A stretch of DNA of 64,000 nt from Nitrosopumilaceae archaeon. Its GTDB lineage: Archaea; Thermoproteota; Nitrososphaeria; Nitrososphaerales; Nitrosopumilaceae. The DNA is taken from assembly GCA_965203465.1 (NCBI GenBank), contig CBDBCR010000003.1, positions 480,001 through 544,000 of the forward strand. Reading direction: 5' to 3'. Position 1 is the first letter of the stretch. Every line of letters begins with the position of its first letter. A model generated the notes under the pieces. That model ran no database searches, was not told the DNA's origin, and was given only the letters and a program-made list of their open reading frames with translations. Of the stretch, positions 19,301 to 29,286 are shown piece after piece. A program made the translations under genes and the position numbers.

Positions 19301-20781
19301 GATTCCGACAAATCCTCGCGAGCCGAGGCCCGACGCCACAGGTGCCCGTCTGTAGCGATCGGGTGTTTCTGCGCCGGTCGCGGCCGGATCCGGCCCCCGA
19401 GGATCTGCGGATCCCGGACCGCGCCCGGCTGTTGCGGAAAAAGCGCGCGGCCGCGCCCCGCGCCGGCGAGGGCCGCCCGCGCCGGATCCGATCTATCCGT
19501 ACTTTTTCCGGAACCGCATGGCGTGCTGGATCAGCGTCTTCCACTTGGGCCCGTTCACCGTGATGCCGGCCGCCTCGCCCGGCGTCATCTCGTAGGCCCC
19601 CTCGCCGATCCCCTCGTGCGGGCGGACGCGATTGTAGACGCGAAGGCCTTCGAGCAGCGGCGAATAGTCTTCCTGCAGGCCGCGCAGAAAGTCGCGCATC
19701 GTCCCGTTGAGCCGCTCCATCTTGTTGACGTCCCGGTGGGCATGCACGTGGCGGTGGCGGTACGCCTGCTTTCCGTCTTCGTCGAACCGGAACTCTGAGC
19801 CACGCCTTGTGGTACGCCTTGTCGTAGTCGGTGACAAGCAGCAGCGGGGTTTTGCCGGAGACGCGCGCCGATGCCCTGAGCAGGCAGGAGACGTCGTCGG
19901 CTGCCTTGTCCGGCGTGGTCGCGTACGCCGTCCAAAAGCGCGCGAACGAGTCGATCGTCATGTGCAGGTACCGCTGCCTGCCGCGCACCTTGACGAGCAT
20001 CCCGTCGGACCTGCACTTGTCCCCCAGGCGCGGTTTCAGGCTGCTGGTGAAGAATCCGAGCGCGGCGGAATACCGCCTGATCTAGTTGCTGACGGTCTGC
20101 TGCTTTGGAGCGTGCTCCATCTCGTCCTCGAGCCCGCGCGCGATTTTTCCGGCAGACTTGCCGGAAAAAAAAGTCGTCGATCGCCCTGCACACGATCGTC
20201 GGGGGGCCGGACAGCCTCTCGAATCCGGAGTTGGCCGAGAACCTCTTCTTGCAGCTGCGGCACTTGTAGATCTGGTTGCGGTGGTTTTTGCTCTTGCGCA
20301 CGCCCGCCTTCGTGGCGCCGTCCGCGCCGCAGCTCGGGCACGCGTTCTCCTGGATCGGATCGAGCACCGCGGACGCCCTCTGCTCCGGCTCTGGCAGCAG
20401 GCAGGCGGCCTCGACGGCCTGTGTGCTTGCAGTGCAACTTGCGGTGCGTGGCGTACGGGCGCTTGCACGACCGGCCGTGCTTGGACAGCTTCACGGTGCG
20501 CCTGCGCTCGGATCCGGGCGAGCGCACGGCGTACGTGTTTTTGCCCAGGTTTTCTATCCTGTGGCCTTCCCAGCGCTCACGGTGGCGGCGCAGGAGTCGG
20601 CTAAATCCGCTCTCGGCCACTACCGCCTGGCGCGCTGCCGTGCCTTTTTCCAACCTGATCAGGCACGGTTCGCGCGCTTACCATTTAACCGGACGAACCA
20701 AAAACATTCGACAAGCGATCTCTGTAAACTCGGCAGGCTCGTGCCTGAGCCACGCCTAGCTCACGCGGATTTGTCGGAATC
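19301..20781 (-). mobile_element. IS6-like DDE insertion sequence with frameshifted transposase
   Basis: Perfect 15-bp TIR GATTCCGACAAATCC (19301) / GGATTTGTCGGAATC (20767-20781). Fragments: SWIM-like, CPSCG..YKCRSC, D.MLVKVRG..RYL..TID, VTD..KAY, NKMERLNGT, HEG..TPGEAAG. Confidence 0.88.
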
Positions 20782-20803
20782 CCGGTTTGCACGGTTCCCG
20801 CAG

Positions 20804-20860
20804 ATCCCGATTCGGGGCGCGCCGCATCTTCGAGGCGCCCCGCCGGAGGCCGGACGGCGC
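20804..20860 (+). repeat. Palindromic ~55-bp repeat, copy 1
   Basis: TCCCGATTCGGGGCGCGCCGCATCTTCGAGGCGCCCCGCCGG is homologous to 27143-27195. Confidence 0.7.
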
Positions 20861-20983
20861 GGGCCCGGCTAGTCGAGGGGAAGGATCGGGCCGCGCCCGG
20901 TTCTAGACGGGCGCTCTTGGCAGGCTAGCCGCATCGGGCGCAAAAACGCACGGTTTAAGAATAGCAGGCAGGCACTAGGGGTC

Positions 20984-21127
20984 ATGAAGCGCGTGACTTT
21001 CTTCGGGGATCCACGGGACGCCAACTTTCCGGCAAGCCGGATAGCCAAGCAGCTCGGACTGGACTATCCCGACGTGGATTCGGATCCCGACGCCGAGCCG
21101 GAAAAGGCCGAGTCTGGCGGCAAATAG
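20984..21127 (+). CDS. Small protein, 47 aa (not in the ORF track)
   Basis: MKRVTFFGDPRDANFPASRIAKQLGLDYPDVDSDPDAEPEKAESGGK; TTTAAG box 25 nt upstream, T-run downstream. Confidence 0.6.
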   Translation: MKRVTFFGDPRDANFPASRIAKQLGLDYPDVDSDPDAEPEKAESGGK

Positions 21128-21142
21128 CCGCCTCTTTTTTGT

Positions 21143-22640
21143 TTACCCAAATATGGCCCTTATAACAGCGTCTTTTACTGCCGCTTTCATGTCGTGCGTG
21201 ACTTCGTCCTTGCAGAGGCCCGGAACTATGCAGGCTATGTACATGGAGGGGTGGTGCCTCCACTCTTCGCTTATGTAGTTGGCGTACGCTGACTGCTTCG
21301 TCAACTCGTGCAACCGTGCGCTCCCGTCATCGTCAGTGTACAGCCATATGGTGTCCGACGGATCTATCGGCTTGTACGGCATACTGCCTCCGAATTTGAT
21401 CAGCGTGTAGGTATTGCGCAAGGGCTCGCCTAGCGACGACAGTGCATCCGTCATGTGTTTTTCGATGTCCGGAGATGACGTAAATTTCAAGATCTTTGTC
21501 ACTATCGCGCTGTCTGCCATGTTGCGTTTGGTCAATTCGATCGCCTGCTTTGCAAACTCTGAATAGTCGGCCGGGTATTTTAGAAGCGAGACTGGAAAGT
21601 GTCTTCTGTCCCACAACCCGCGGTAATTCGCGTACTTTTCTTGTTCCCTGCCCCATTCGCGCATCAGCGTGTCCAGAACATGGTCGTCACTACCATGCCC
21701 CGTCTCGAACGACTTCCAGTGCAGCAGATCCTTGTCAAGCACGCCGTTGTCGACCATGTGCTTTATGGCGTCTTCCACCAGCATGTCTGCCGCTCCGACT
21801 GAATGGTGCCTGTAAACCCACCTGTACATCTTGTATCGGGCTTCCAGCATCTCCTCCACCGCGCCCAAGGCCCGATGGTGCACGGCAAGCTCGTACCGCC
21901 CCTGCCGGTCAGGAACCGCGGCCATGTTGTTTACGATCCTGTCAAAGTCGATCCTCCCGTAAGCCACCCCCGCCATCAGTGAATCACGTGCCAGATAGTC
22001 CGCCCTGTCCGCGTCTAGCTGGCCCGAGACGATCTTTCTAAAGACGCCAAACCCCGCCCCGTTCTCCCGGGCCATCGGGCTTGCCGGGTTCTACCAGAAG
22101 GGACGCGGCGGCCTCTGCCAAAACGGGATTTTCGCGCTCCAGGACGGCCCCTACCCCGTCGGTCTGGATCAGCTTGTAAGAAAAATATTCGTGGATGGCA
22201 GGCTCTGGGCCCAGCACCGATTCGGCCTCCCTAACCTCTGCGCCCGGCGTGGCAGACGCCATGATGTCCTCACTCGCGTGCGAGAACGGCCCGTGTCCGA
22301 CATCGTGAAAGAGGCATGCCAGTCTAGTCGACTTTATCAGCAGGCCAACGTCTCGACCCGCGTCGAGTCCCGGAAACAGCGCCTCGAAATCTGCAGGCGT
22401 CATCTCGGCCAGCACCTGAGTCGCTATCTTTGATCCCACGAACATGGCGCCCACCACGTGCTCGAACCTGCTCGCAAGGGCTCCCGGATACGTCAGGTAG
22501 GCCATCGAGTTCTGCCGCACCCTGTGGAGTCGCATGAAAAGAGGCAGCTGTACCAGGCGGTATTCTGCATCGGTCATCGGTACGTACCCGTGAACCGGAT
22601 CCTTCATCATGCGTTTGGCGTCGATCTTTGGGATCTGCAT
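21143..22640 (-). pseudogene. HD-domain dNTP triphosphohydrolase-like protein (SAMHD1/COG1078), single frameshift near 22085
   Basis: KDPVHG, RFEH, HDVGHGPFSHASE in one frame; LDADRADYLARD, RYKMYRWVYRH in the next. Confidence 0.85.
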
Positions 22641-22795
22641 AGCACGTTGGCCGCATGTTCTCCAATAAGTGCTGATCGCGACTGGCGGCGCGTTTGTTGT
22701 GCAGAAATTGGGCCGGTTTAATCCCAAGCATGGGGCCAAAGGCACCGTGCCGCCCGGCGGTCGCCGTCGCGGTGGCGCTACCGATCTGCCGCGGA

Positions 22796-25426
22796 TCAGG
22801 CGGCCCCGGGCTGCCCGCGGCGCGACAGCCGGCGGTACGCCAGAACGGCGGCGGCCGGCGAGCCCAGAAGCGAGGCGTTGAACATTATCACCAGCGAGCC
22901 GAGCATGACCGTCTGGGCCTCGGATTCTGCCAATTCCATGATTCCCAGCGACCAGAGCGCCGGCTGCAAGGACACCCGGACGGCCTCCTTGAAGGCCGGG
23001 CTGGACCTCTCGAGGTCGGCGACGGCCGGCGAGAACGCGTAATAGAACTGGTTGAAACCGGACACGAACGCAGAGCCGGCACCCGTCGAGAGCGCGCCGT
23101 CGCGGACTTCGCGCAGTTTCTGCACCTGCTCGGCCGTCTCGGTTCCGTACGCGGCAGTAGCTATGAGGCAGCCGCCGCCCTCGTCTGCCGGAACCGGCGT
23201 GCACGTCCCGTCGTCTGCGAGGAACGTGCCCGGCCCGCAGACCGGCTCCGCGTCTGGCTCGTCGGTGATCGGCTCCTGCGTGATCGGCGCTGCGGGCTCC
23301 GGCTCGGGTGCAGGCGGCGCCGGAGCCTCGGGCGGCTCGGCTGCCGGCGTCGCCGGCTCGGCGGGCGGCTCTGCCGGCGGCGCTGCGGCCGGCTCCGGTT
23401 CTTGGCGCTCGGCCTCTTGCCGCTCGGGCTCCTGCACCTCGAAGTGCTGCGAGGCCGCCCTCGGCTCGGGCACGTCGAAGGTCCTCGTCCCGGTGCAAGA
23501 GTCGATGTTTACCGATTCGGTGTCCGACGCTATGGTGCGGTTGGAGACGAGCGTGGCAGAGATCCTCGCGAACGACTCCGACGAGCCGAACGGCGCGGTG
23601 AATTCGCCGTACCCGCCGACTTCTCCGGACTGCGTCATGCGGACCACGCCGGCCACCGGCATGCGGAGCGTCACGTCCAGAGAGCCCGACGACGGGCCGG
23701 CGACCACCGTCACGGTGCCAGCCTCGCAGTCCCACGAGGCAGACCTGATATAGACCGCTTCTGTTCCCGCGCCCCCGTCCAGCGTCGTTCCCGAGACCCG
23801 GGCGCTGCCGCCCCCTCCTCCGCCGCCACCGCCTCCGCCGCTGGCTGCGGTTCTCTGCGGGGGCGCCGCGACATCGAGGGTCGCGCGCTCCGCAGGGGCG
23901 GCTGGCGGCGCGGTCTGCGTGGTGTACGAGACCTGCCACCTGCCGTCGATGTACCTGAGCGTCTCGTAGGCCGCAGAGGCCAAGTCGCCCCTGGCGTCGA
24001 GCTGCGCGCTGCCCATCAGCCCGCGGTGCCCGAGGGCCGCGGCGGGCACCGCGTCGCCCAAGCCGCCCTCTCCCGTCACCCTCGTGGAATCGGACAGCAC
24101 TATGGCCTTGCCCAGCACCTGCACCGAATCGTAGGCGGCGTACGCGCCAGAATAGACGCGCGCCTGCCGGTCAGTGATGCCGAGCCTGTCCTGTATCGCC
24201 TCCGTCACAGCTTGGAACGACGTGTGGCTTCGGTCGGGCGCGTCGTCTATGACCGTAAAGCGCTGCGTGACGAACTGCGAAACGCCGTCGTTTATGGTGG
24301 GCCAGAACTGCGATCCGAACCAGTCGAGCCCTGCAAGCCCGGCGTTGGCGGCAGCTGCCCCCACTATCAGGTCGCCGTCGTCCTGGTACGAAGCTAGCAG
24401 CACCACGGTCTTGCCCGAGACGGCGCTCGCGATGTCTGCCGTGACCGGCGTGCCGCTACCCAGCGCGGTTATGGCGGCGGGATCGTAGGCGACGGGGGCC
24501 ACGTTTATCCCGGGGGCGTTGCTCCGCACCGATTCCAAAAGCGACATGCCCCACGGGTCGCCTGCGCGGTGTGCCACCACGACGGTCTGCACGCCCTGCC
24601 CGGAGAGCCTGTCTATGAAGAACGCGCCCTGGTTCGCCGTGGGCGAGAGGAACCTGAATATGTTGTCTTCGAGGGCGAGCGCCGACGATACCGAGCAGCA
24701 GCTCAGCAGCATCATGCCGTTGTCGTCGGCGTACTGGCGCACGCCTGCCAGCTCCGAGGAGCTTATCGGCCCCAGCGCTATCTTCGTGCCCAGAGAGTTC
24801 ACGCTCTGAAGTTCGGAAAGGGCCGTCGCCGGCAGGGACGCGGTGTCGCGCGCGTCCAGATCTAGCCGCCACTTTGAGCCGGTGTCCGCAAACCTCGCGT
24901 TCAGATCCGCCACGCCCCGTACGAGCGCCGCCTCCACCGGGTCTCCCAGGCTGTCGAGCGAGCCGGTGCGCGAGACCAGGGCGCCCACCCGGACCGTCTC
25001 GATCTCGGCCGGGGCTGCCGGAGCCGCGACCGCCGTTATGCTCAGTTCCCGGAACACCCCCGCCTGCCCCGCGGCCGTCGGCGTCGCGTACAGGGACGGG
25101 CCGTAAGTCGCGCCGACCCGGGCGTCGGCCGGCACCGCCACGGTCATCTCCACGTCCAGCGTGCCGCCGGCCGGCATCTGCGCCCGCTGCGGCGACAGCT
25201 GCACGGACAGGCCGTCCCCGTCCCGCACTTCGAACGACGCGCCGGTGGCCACCGGCGAGGTGACGCGCAGCACCAGTACGCGCTGCTCGCCTGCCGGTAT
25301 TTCGATCTCTTGGTCGAACGAATAGACCGGATCGTAGCCGAGGCCGAACGCCTGCGGCGCCGCAGCGGCCGCCACGGCCGCGGCCAGCAGCGTCGCGGTC
25401 AGGAGCGTGCGGGGCATCTTATCCAC
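22796..25426 (-). CDS. Surface protein, 876 aa: signal peptide, Ig-like domain, LIV-BP-like solute-binding domain, Pro/Glu linker, CFI-box-CTERM anchor
   Basis: VGALVSRTG..G, AYAAYDSV, GDL; GGGCLIATAAYGTE..QVQKLREVRD..FNQFYYAFSP plus TM and basic tail. Confidence 0.88.
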   Translation of the reverse strand: MDKMPRTLLTATLLAAAVAAAAAPQAFGLGYDPVYSFDQEIEIPAGEQRVLVLRVTSPVATGASFEVRDGDGLSVQLSPQRAQMPAGGTLDVEMTVAVPADARVGATYGPSLYATPTAAGQAGVFRELSITAVAAPAAPAEIETVRVGALVSRTGSLDSLGDPVEAALVRGVADLNARFADTGSKWRLDLDARDTASLPATALSELQSVNSLGTKIALGPISSSELAGVRQYADDNGMMLLSCCSVSSALALEDNIFRFLSPTANQGAFFIDRLSGQGVQTVVVAHRAGDPWGMSLLESVRSNAPGINVAPVAYDPAAITALGSGTPVTADIASAVSGKTVVLLASYQDDGDLIVGAAAANAGLAGLDWFGSQFWPTINDGVSQFVTQRFTVIDDAPDRSHTSFQAVTEAIQDRLGITDRQARVYSGAYAAYDSVQVLGKAIVLSDSTRVTGEGGLGDAVPAAALGHRGLMGSAQLDARGDLASAAYETLRYIDGRWQVSYTTQTAPPAAPAERATLDVAAPPQRTAASGGGGGGGGGGGSARVSGTTLDGGAGTEAVYIRSASWDCEAGTVTVVAGPSSGSLDVTLRMPVAGVVRMTQSGEVGGYGEFTAPFGSSESFARISATLVSNRTIASDTESVNIDSCTGTRTFDVPEPRAASQHFEVQEPERQEAERQEPEPAAAPPAEPPAEPATPAAEPPEAPAPPAPEPEPAAPITQEPITDEPDAEPVCGPGTFLADDGTCTPVPADEGGGCLIATAAYGTETAEQVQKLREVRDGALSTGAGSAFVSGFNQFYYAFSPAVADLERSSPAFKEAVRVSLQPALWSLGIMELAESEAQTVMLGSLVIMFNASLLGSPAAAVLAYRRLSRRGQPGAA

Positions 25427-27089
25427 AACTTGCGAACAACGTCATCGCCTGCGAGAGGGAGCCTTCCCCGGTGGGCAGCACGCGGCCGGAGTGGACAACC
25501 TTGAACTCCAGCTCGGCGGTTCCGGGGGACGACAGTGGGGATCCGACATCGAGCGGCTGGCCGGGCACGAGATCTACGAATTCCCCGCCCACCTTTACCT
25601 GCGTGGTCAGCGTCCGGTATTCGTTGTCCGTCCGGTCGGTCCACGAGTCCACCTGCAGCCGCAGCCCGGCGACGGCCGCGGTACCGGCGTTGGTCACGGT
25701 CCGCGTGACCGCTGAGGACTCTCCGCCCGTCACCAGGTCGAATCCGAGCGCCTCGCCGGCCGAGACCGAGCAGGCAGGCTGCTGCGGCGTGATGCCGGAC
25801 TGCTGCCGCGAGATCTCGGCGGTGGCAGTCTGGGCCGCGTCGGTATAGTAGGGCGAATACGTCACGTCGCCGCTTATCCGTTCCGCTGGGCTCGCCCCCC
25901 AATAGTTGAACGGGGCGAACATGCGGCTAGGCGCCAGGTTGATCACGTCGAATCCGGTGTTCCCCGCGAACGAGTTCCTGAACGCGATCAGGGGGCTGTC
26001 CAGCGGCGCGTCCGACGTACGGAAGGCTCCAGAGTCTTCTCCGCTTCCGTCCGGCTGCCTGCAGGTCACCACGCACAAAAGTATTCCGTGGTGGCTGTCG
26101 CTTATGGTGTTGTCGTAGATGCGCGTGTTTACGAGGCCCTCTGCCCGCACTGTGATGGGGGCCCGCAGGGTGTACGACGTGGTTCTTTCGGCGTTGTCGG
26201 CCCCCGCCGTGTTTACGCCCGTGATCGTGTTGCCGTATATTTGAAGGCCCGCGTCGGGGCCCGACAGCTTGCGCTCGTTGGGCGTCCCCTCGTCGTGCGT
26301 GCGCTCTACCACCTTTTGGATCGCGGACGCAGGCATGTTGGACATGGCGTTGCCGTTTACGTGGCCGTTGATGACGCCGGACTTGCCCAGGTTGATTCCG
26401 GCGAACGTCGCGGTGTCAAAGACGTTGTCCGATATGAACAGATCCCGGAGCAGGCCCTGCTCGATCGTGCGGATGGCTGTGAACAGGCTGCCCGCCTTTT
26501 GCTCCTCGGTGAACCCGGGCGGATAGAACGTTCCTATGTTTCTGTACACGCTGTCGGTTATGCGCAGGTTGGTGATGGTGCTCTGCGCTACATCGCGTAT
26601 GACCGTGCCGTTGCCGCGGGTGTTGCTCATCGTGTTGTTTGACAGCGTGACGTTGGCCACATCCCCGCCCGCCAGCGTTCCCACCTCTAGAGCCGCCCAA
26701 GTCTGCGTGATCTCGTTGAACGTCAGGTTCTGGATAGTGATGTCGCTGCTAGAGGCCAGCATCCTGACCCATCCCGACAGCACGGCGCCCGGCTCGCCAG
26801 TCACCGTCATGGACTTGGTGAGGCTCAAAAGCCCCAAGTTGGCGTGCGTTCCCGAAGAAAACGTCACGACGCCCCCGCTGTCCAAGCCGCCGAATGCGGC
26901 CCGCACCTCGTCGGGGGTGTTGCTGGTGGTGATCGTCACGGCGCTCTGCGCGTACGCTACCGGAAACGCCGCGCAACCGGAGCACGGATCGCCGGCCGAC
27001 AGGGCGGCCGCAGAGGCCGCTGCAAGGATCAAAACCGCGGACGCGCTGAAAGGTTTTCGGGTGAACCCGCACGGGTTGCGCTTGAGCAC
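25419..27089 (-). CDS. Secreted parallel beta-helix protein, 556 aa
   Basis: GTG start, signal peptide ending AYA, repeated I.NN/GN.I beta-helix strands, NYWG motif; overlaps the next start. Confidence 0.8.
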   Translation of the reverse strand: MLKRNPCGFTRKPFSASAVLILAAASAAALSAGDPCSGCAAFPVAYAQSAVTITTSNTPDEVRAAFGGLDSGGVVTFSSGTHANLGLLSLTKSMTVTGEPGAVLSGWVRMLASSSDITIQNLTFNEITQTWAALEVGTLAGGDVANVTLSNNTMSNTRGNGTVIRDVAQSTITNLRITDSVYRNIGTFYPPGFTEEQKAGSLFTAIRTIEQGLLRDLFISDNVFDTATFAGINLGKSGVINGHVNGNAMSNMPASAIQKVVERTHDEGTPNERKLSGPDAGLQIYGNTITGVNTAGADNAERTTSYTLRAPITVRAEGLVNTRIYDNTISDSHHGILLCVVTCRQPDGSGEDSGAFRTSDAPLDSPLIAFRNSFAGNTGFDVINLAPSRMFAPFNYWGASPAERISGDVTYSPYYTDAAQTATAEISRQQSGITPQQPACSVSAGEALGFDLVTGGESSAVTRTVTNAGTAAVAGLRLQVDSWTDRTDNEYRTLTTQVKVGGEFVDLVPGQPLDVGSPLSSPGTAELEFKVVHSGRVLPTGEGSLSQAMTLFASCG

Positions 27090-27119
27090 CCCCCCCCCCC
27101 CCCGATGATAGTATAAAAA
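27089..27119 (-). promoter_or_regulatory. TATA box plus G15 homopolymer spacer ending in the GTG start
   Basis: Minus strand TTTTTATA-CTATCATC-G15-TG; C run 27089-27103 on + strand. Confidence 0.85.
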
Positions 27120-27142
27120 CTCAACTTTCCGGCTCGCGCGGC

Positions 27143-27195
27143 TCCCGATCCGGGGCGCCCCGCATCTCCGGGGCGCCCCGCCGGGATGGCGCGGA
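27143..27195 (+). repeat. Palindromic ~55-bp repeat, copy 2
   Basis: Two 12-bp palindromes CGGGGCGCCCCG (27151-27162, 27169-27180) separated by CATCTC. Confidence 0.75.
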
Positions 27196-27231
27196 CTTTT
27201 GAATAAATATGGGCCGCCGCGCGCGGCGGCG

Positions 27232-27579
27232 TTGACAGAATTCGTCCACGAGCCGTACAGGACCGTCCACGTGCGCGACGTCCTGAGGCTGTCGCTCGAC
27301 GACCTGATCAGCATGATATCGGCCCTCGAGCCGGTCAGCGCGTACTGGTGCGACGGCGTCCTCTTTGCCGTCTTTGCGGTGGCCGAATCGGACGAGCTTG
27401 CGAAAAAAGAGATCGCCGGCGAGACGTACGTCGACCGCATAGTCTTCGCAAAGCACCCCGAGTTCAGCCGGACCGTAAAGTCGTCGACCAACGTCGAGAT
27501 AGGCGTGGTCAACGTCTCGTGCAGCGGCACGTACTCGTCGATGGTCGCCTGGCTGAAGGGCCAGCCCGCGTGGGCCTAG
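27232..27579 (+). CDS. Conserved archaeal-type hypothetical protein
   Basis: TTG start 24 nt after ATAAAT; host-like codon usage. Confidence 0.75.
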   Translation: MTEFVHEPYRTVHVRDVLRLSLDDLISMISALEPVSAYWCDGVLFAVFAVAESDELAKKEIAGETYVDRIVFAKHPEFSRTVKSSTNVEIGVVNVSCSGTYSSMVAWLKGQPAWA

Positions 27580-28259
27580 CCGAGGCTGCGCTCGTACTGC
27601 TCTACGGACTCGCGGATCTTTTCGGCCGTCGCGATGCCGCCGCGCCTCATGCGCGCGAACATCTCCGGGTACACGAACTCCCTTTCAGAGTACTGTAGTA
27701 TCAGGTCGTACCTGCCCTCGAAATAGTGGAGCACCTCGTCTGCGCCCGACGTGGCCTTGGCCTCCAGCCCGTAGGCGCGCGCGAGCACGTCGTGCTTCAG
27801 GCCCTTGGCCGAGTACCCGTTGACCGGCAGGTGCAGCTGGAGCAGGTCCGCGACCGCCGGCTTCCTGACCATGTAGTGGTGCACCCACCTGGGCTCGTTG
27901 ACGGAGCTGGCCAGCATCCTCTGGTACAGGAACGGGATGTCGAACGAGAGCACGTTGTGCCCGACGATGTTGAGCCTGCCTCCGCGCTTCTGCAGGTCCG
28001 AGACGACCCCGTAGAGCTCTTGCAGCACGGCGCGCTCGCCGCGCTCCCACTCCTTGAGGCGCACCGGCGGGGCGCCGCCGGCCTGGTACGTCACGAGAGC
28101 GACGCGCCCGTCGAACGGCGAGAGGGCCCCCAGCTTGTACTTCCAGTACAGCGAGCCGTCGGCCTCGGTGAGCCCGCCCTCCCGCTCCCTCGCGCGCAGC
28201 TCTAGGTACTGCCCCGGCTCAAAGTCGGGCACCGTCTCGATGTCCAGGAAAAAGTCCAC
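27576..28259 (-). CDS. 3'-5' exonuclease, PolB-exo/RNase H-like (DEDD)
   Basis: FLDIETVP (ExoI), VGHNVLSFDIPFL (ExoII), ILQY..RE. Confidence 0.85.
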   Translation of the reverse strand: MDFFLDIETVPDFEPGQYLELRAREREGGLTEADGSLYWKYKLGALSPFDGRVALVTYQAGGAPPVRLKEWERGERAVLQELYGVVSDLQKRGGRLNIVGHNVLSFDIPFLYQRMLASSVNEPRWVHHYMVRKPAVADLLQLHLPVNGYSAKGLKHDVLARAYGLEAKATSGADEVLHYFEGRYDLILQYSEREFVYPEMFARMRRGGIATAEKIRESVEQYERSLG

Positions 28260-28319
28260 GCCCAAAGCCGGCGGCCCCGTATAAAAACAGAGGCCGGGCG
28301 CGCCGGCAGGCGCGCCCCA

Positions 28320-28394
28320 CGGGCCCGAAGGGATTCGAACCCCCGACCTAACGCTCCGCAAGCGTTCGCACTATCCATGCTATGCAACGAGCCC
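28320..28394 (-). tRNA. tRNA-Arg(GCG), no intron, CCA not encoded
   Basis: GGGCTCG acceptor stem, anticodon arm AACGC-TTGCGGA-GCGTT, GGGGGTTCGAATCCCTT T-arm. Confidence 0.95.
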
Positions 28395-28416
28395 GTGCGC
28401 GGCGGCCCCCCGTGCC

Positions 28417-29118
28417 TTAATTACTATTGGCCTTGGCCACGAAGATGTAGTACATGGCCAGCGCGGCGATTATGCCGCCGGCCAGCGGCGCGGCCCAGTA
28501 CATCCAGTGAAAGTCCCAGTACCCGGACAGGAGCGCGGGCCCGAACGTGCGCGCGGGGTTGACCGAGGCGCCGGTCAGCGGTATGGCCACCAGGTGTATC
28601 AGGAACACCATGCCGCCTATGGCGAAGCCGGCCCAGCCGGGGGCCGCCTTTTTGTGGACGGCGGTCATGAATATGACCGTGACCAGAAAGAACGTCAGTA
28701 TCGCCTCGACCGCGAAGCCGGACGCCGCCGAGCCCGACAGGATCTCGCTCGGGCCCGGCTGCGTGCCCAAGTTGACGCGCTCTGCCAGGTCGGGCAGGAT
28801 GGAGCGCAGCGCGGCCGCGGCCACGACCGCGCCCGCCAGCTGCGAGACTACGTACATCGCGCCGTCGCGCACCCCTATCTGCCTCGTGACCATCATCGGT
28901 ATGGTCACGGCGGGGTTGATGTGAGCGCCCGAGACGTGGCCGAACGCGTATATCATCAGGCCGACGGCGCCGCCGTGCGCCAGCGATATGAACAGCACCG
29001 AGATCGTCGAGAGATCCTCGCCGAACGAGGCGACGGCCACTATTATAGAGAGCACGCCGAAAAAGACGAGGGCGAACGTCGAGATCCCCTCGGCTACCCA
29101 CGCCCTCGGATTTGCCAT
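28417..29118 (-). CDS. Aquaporin (MIP family)
   Basis: SGAHINPAVT and GASVNPARTFGPA NPA boxes. Confidence 0.95.
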   Translation of the reverse strand: MANPRAWVAEGISTFALVFFGVLSIIVAVASFGEDLSTISVLFISLAHGGAVGLMIYAFGHVSGAHINPAVTIPMMVTRQIGVRDGAMYVVSQLAGAVVAAAALRSILPDLAERVNLGTQPGPSEILSGSAASGFAVEAILTFFLVTVIFMTAVHKKAAPGWAGFAIGGMVFLIHLVAIPLTGASVNPARTFGPALLSGYWDFHWMYWAAPLAGGIIAALAMYYIFVAKANSN

Positions 29119-29286
29119 CGGCGGCCGCGCCCCGAGGTGCCCATTTAAAACATGCGCCCGTTCCGCCGTACTTTCACGTCGCTGCCCGCCGGATCCACGT
29201 CCGAGCAGGCCGCCCCCTCCATGGAAGAAAGATCTATCTCCACGGCTCCGCACGGTTTCCGTTCCTGATAAGGCACTAAAGCCGGG

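Noticed and set aside
28320-28394. tRNA-Arg as an island attachment site
   Set aside because: No duplicated tRNA 3' end or integrase seen in the window
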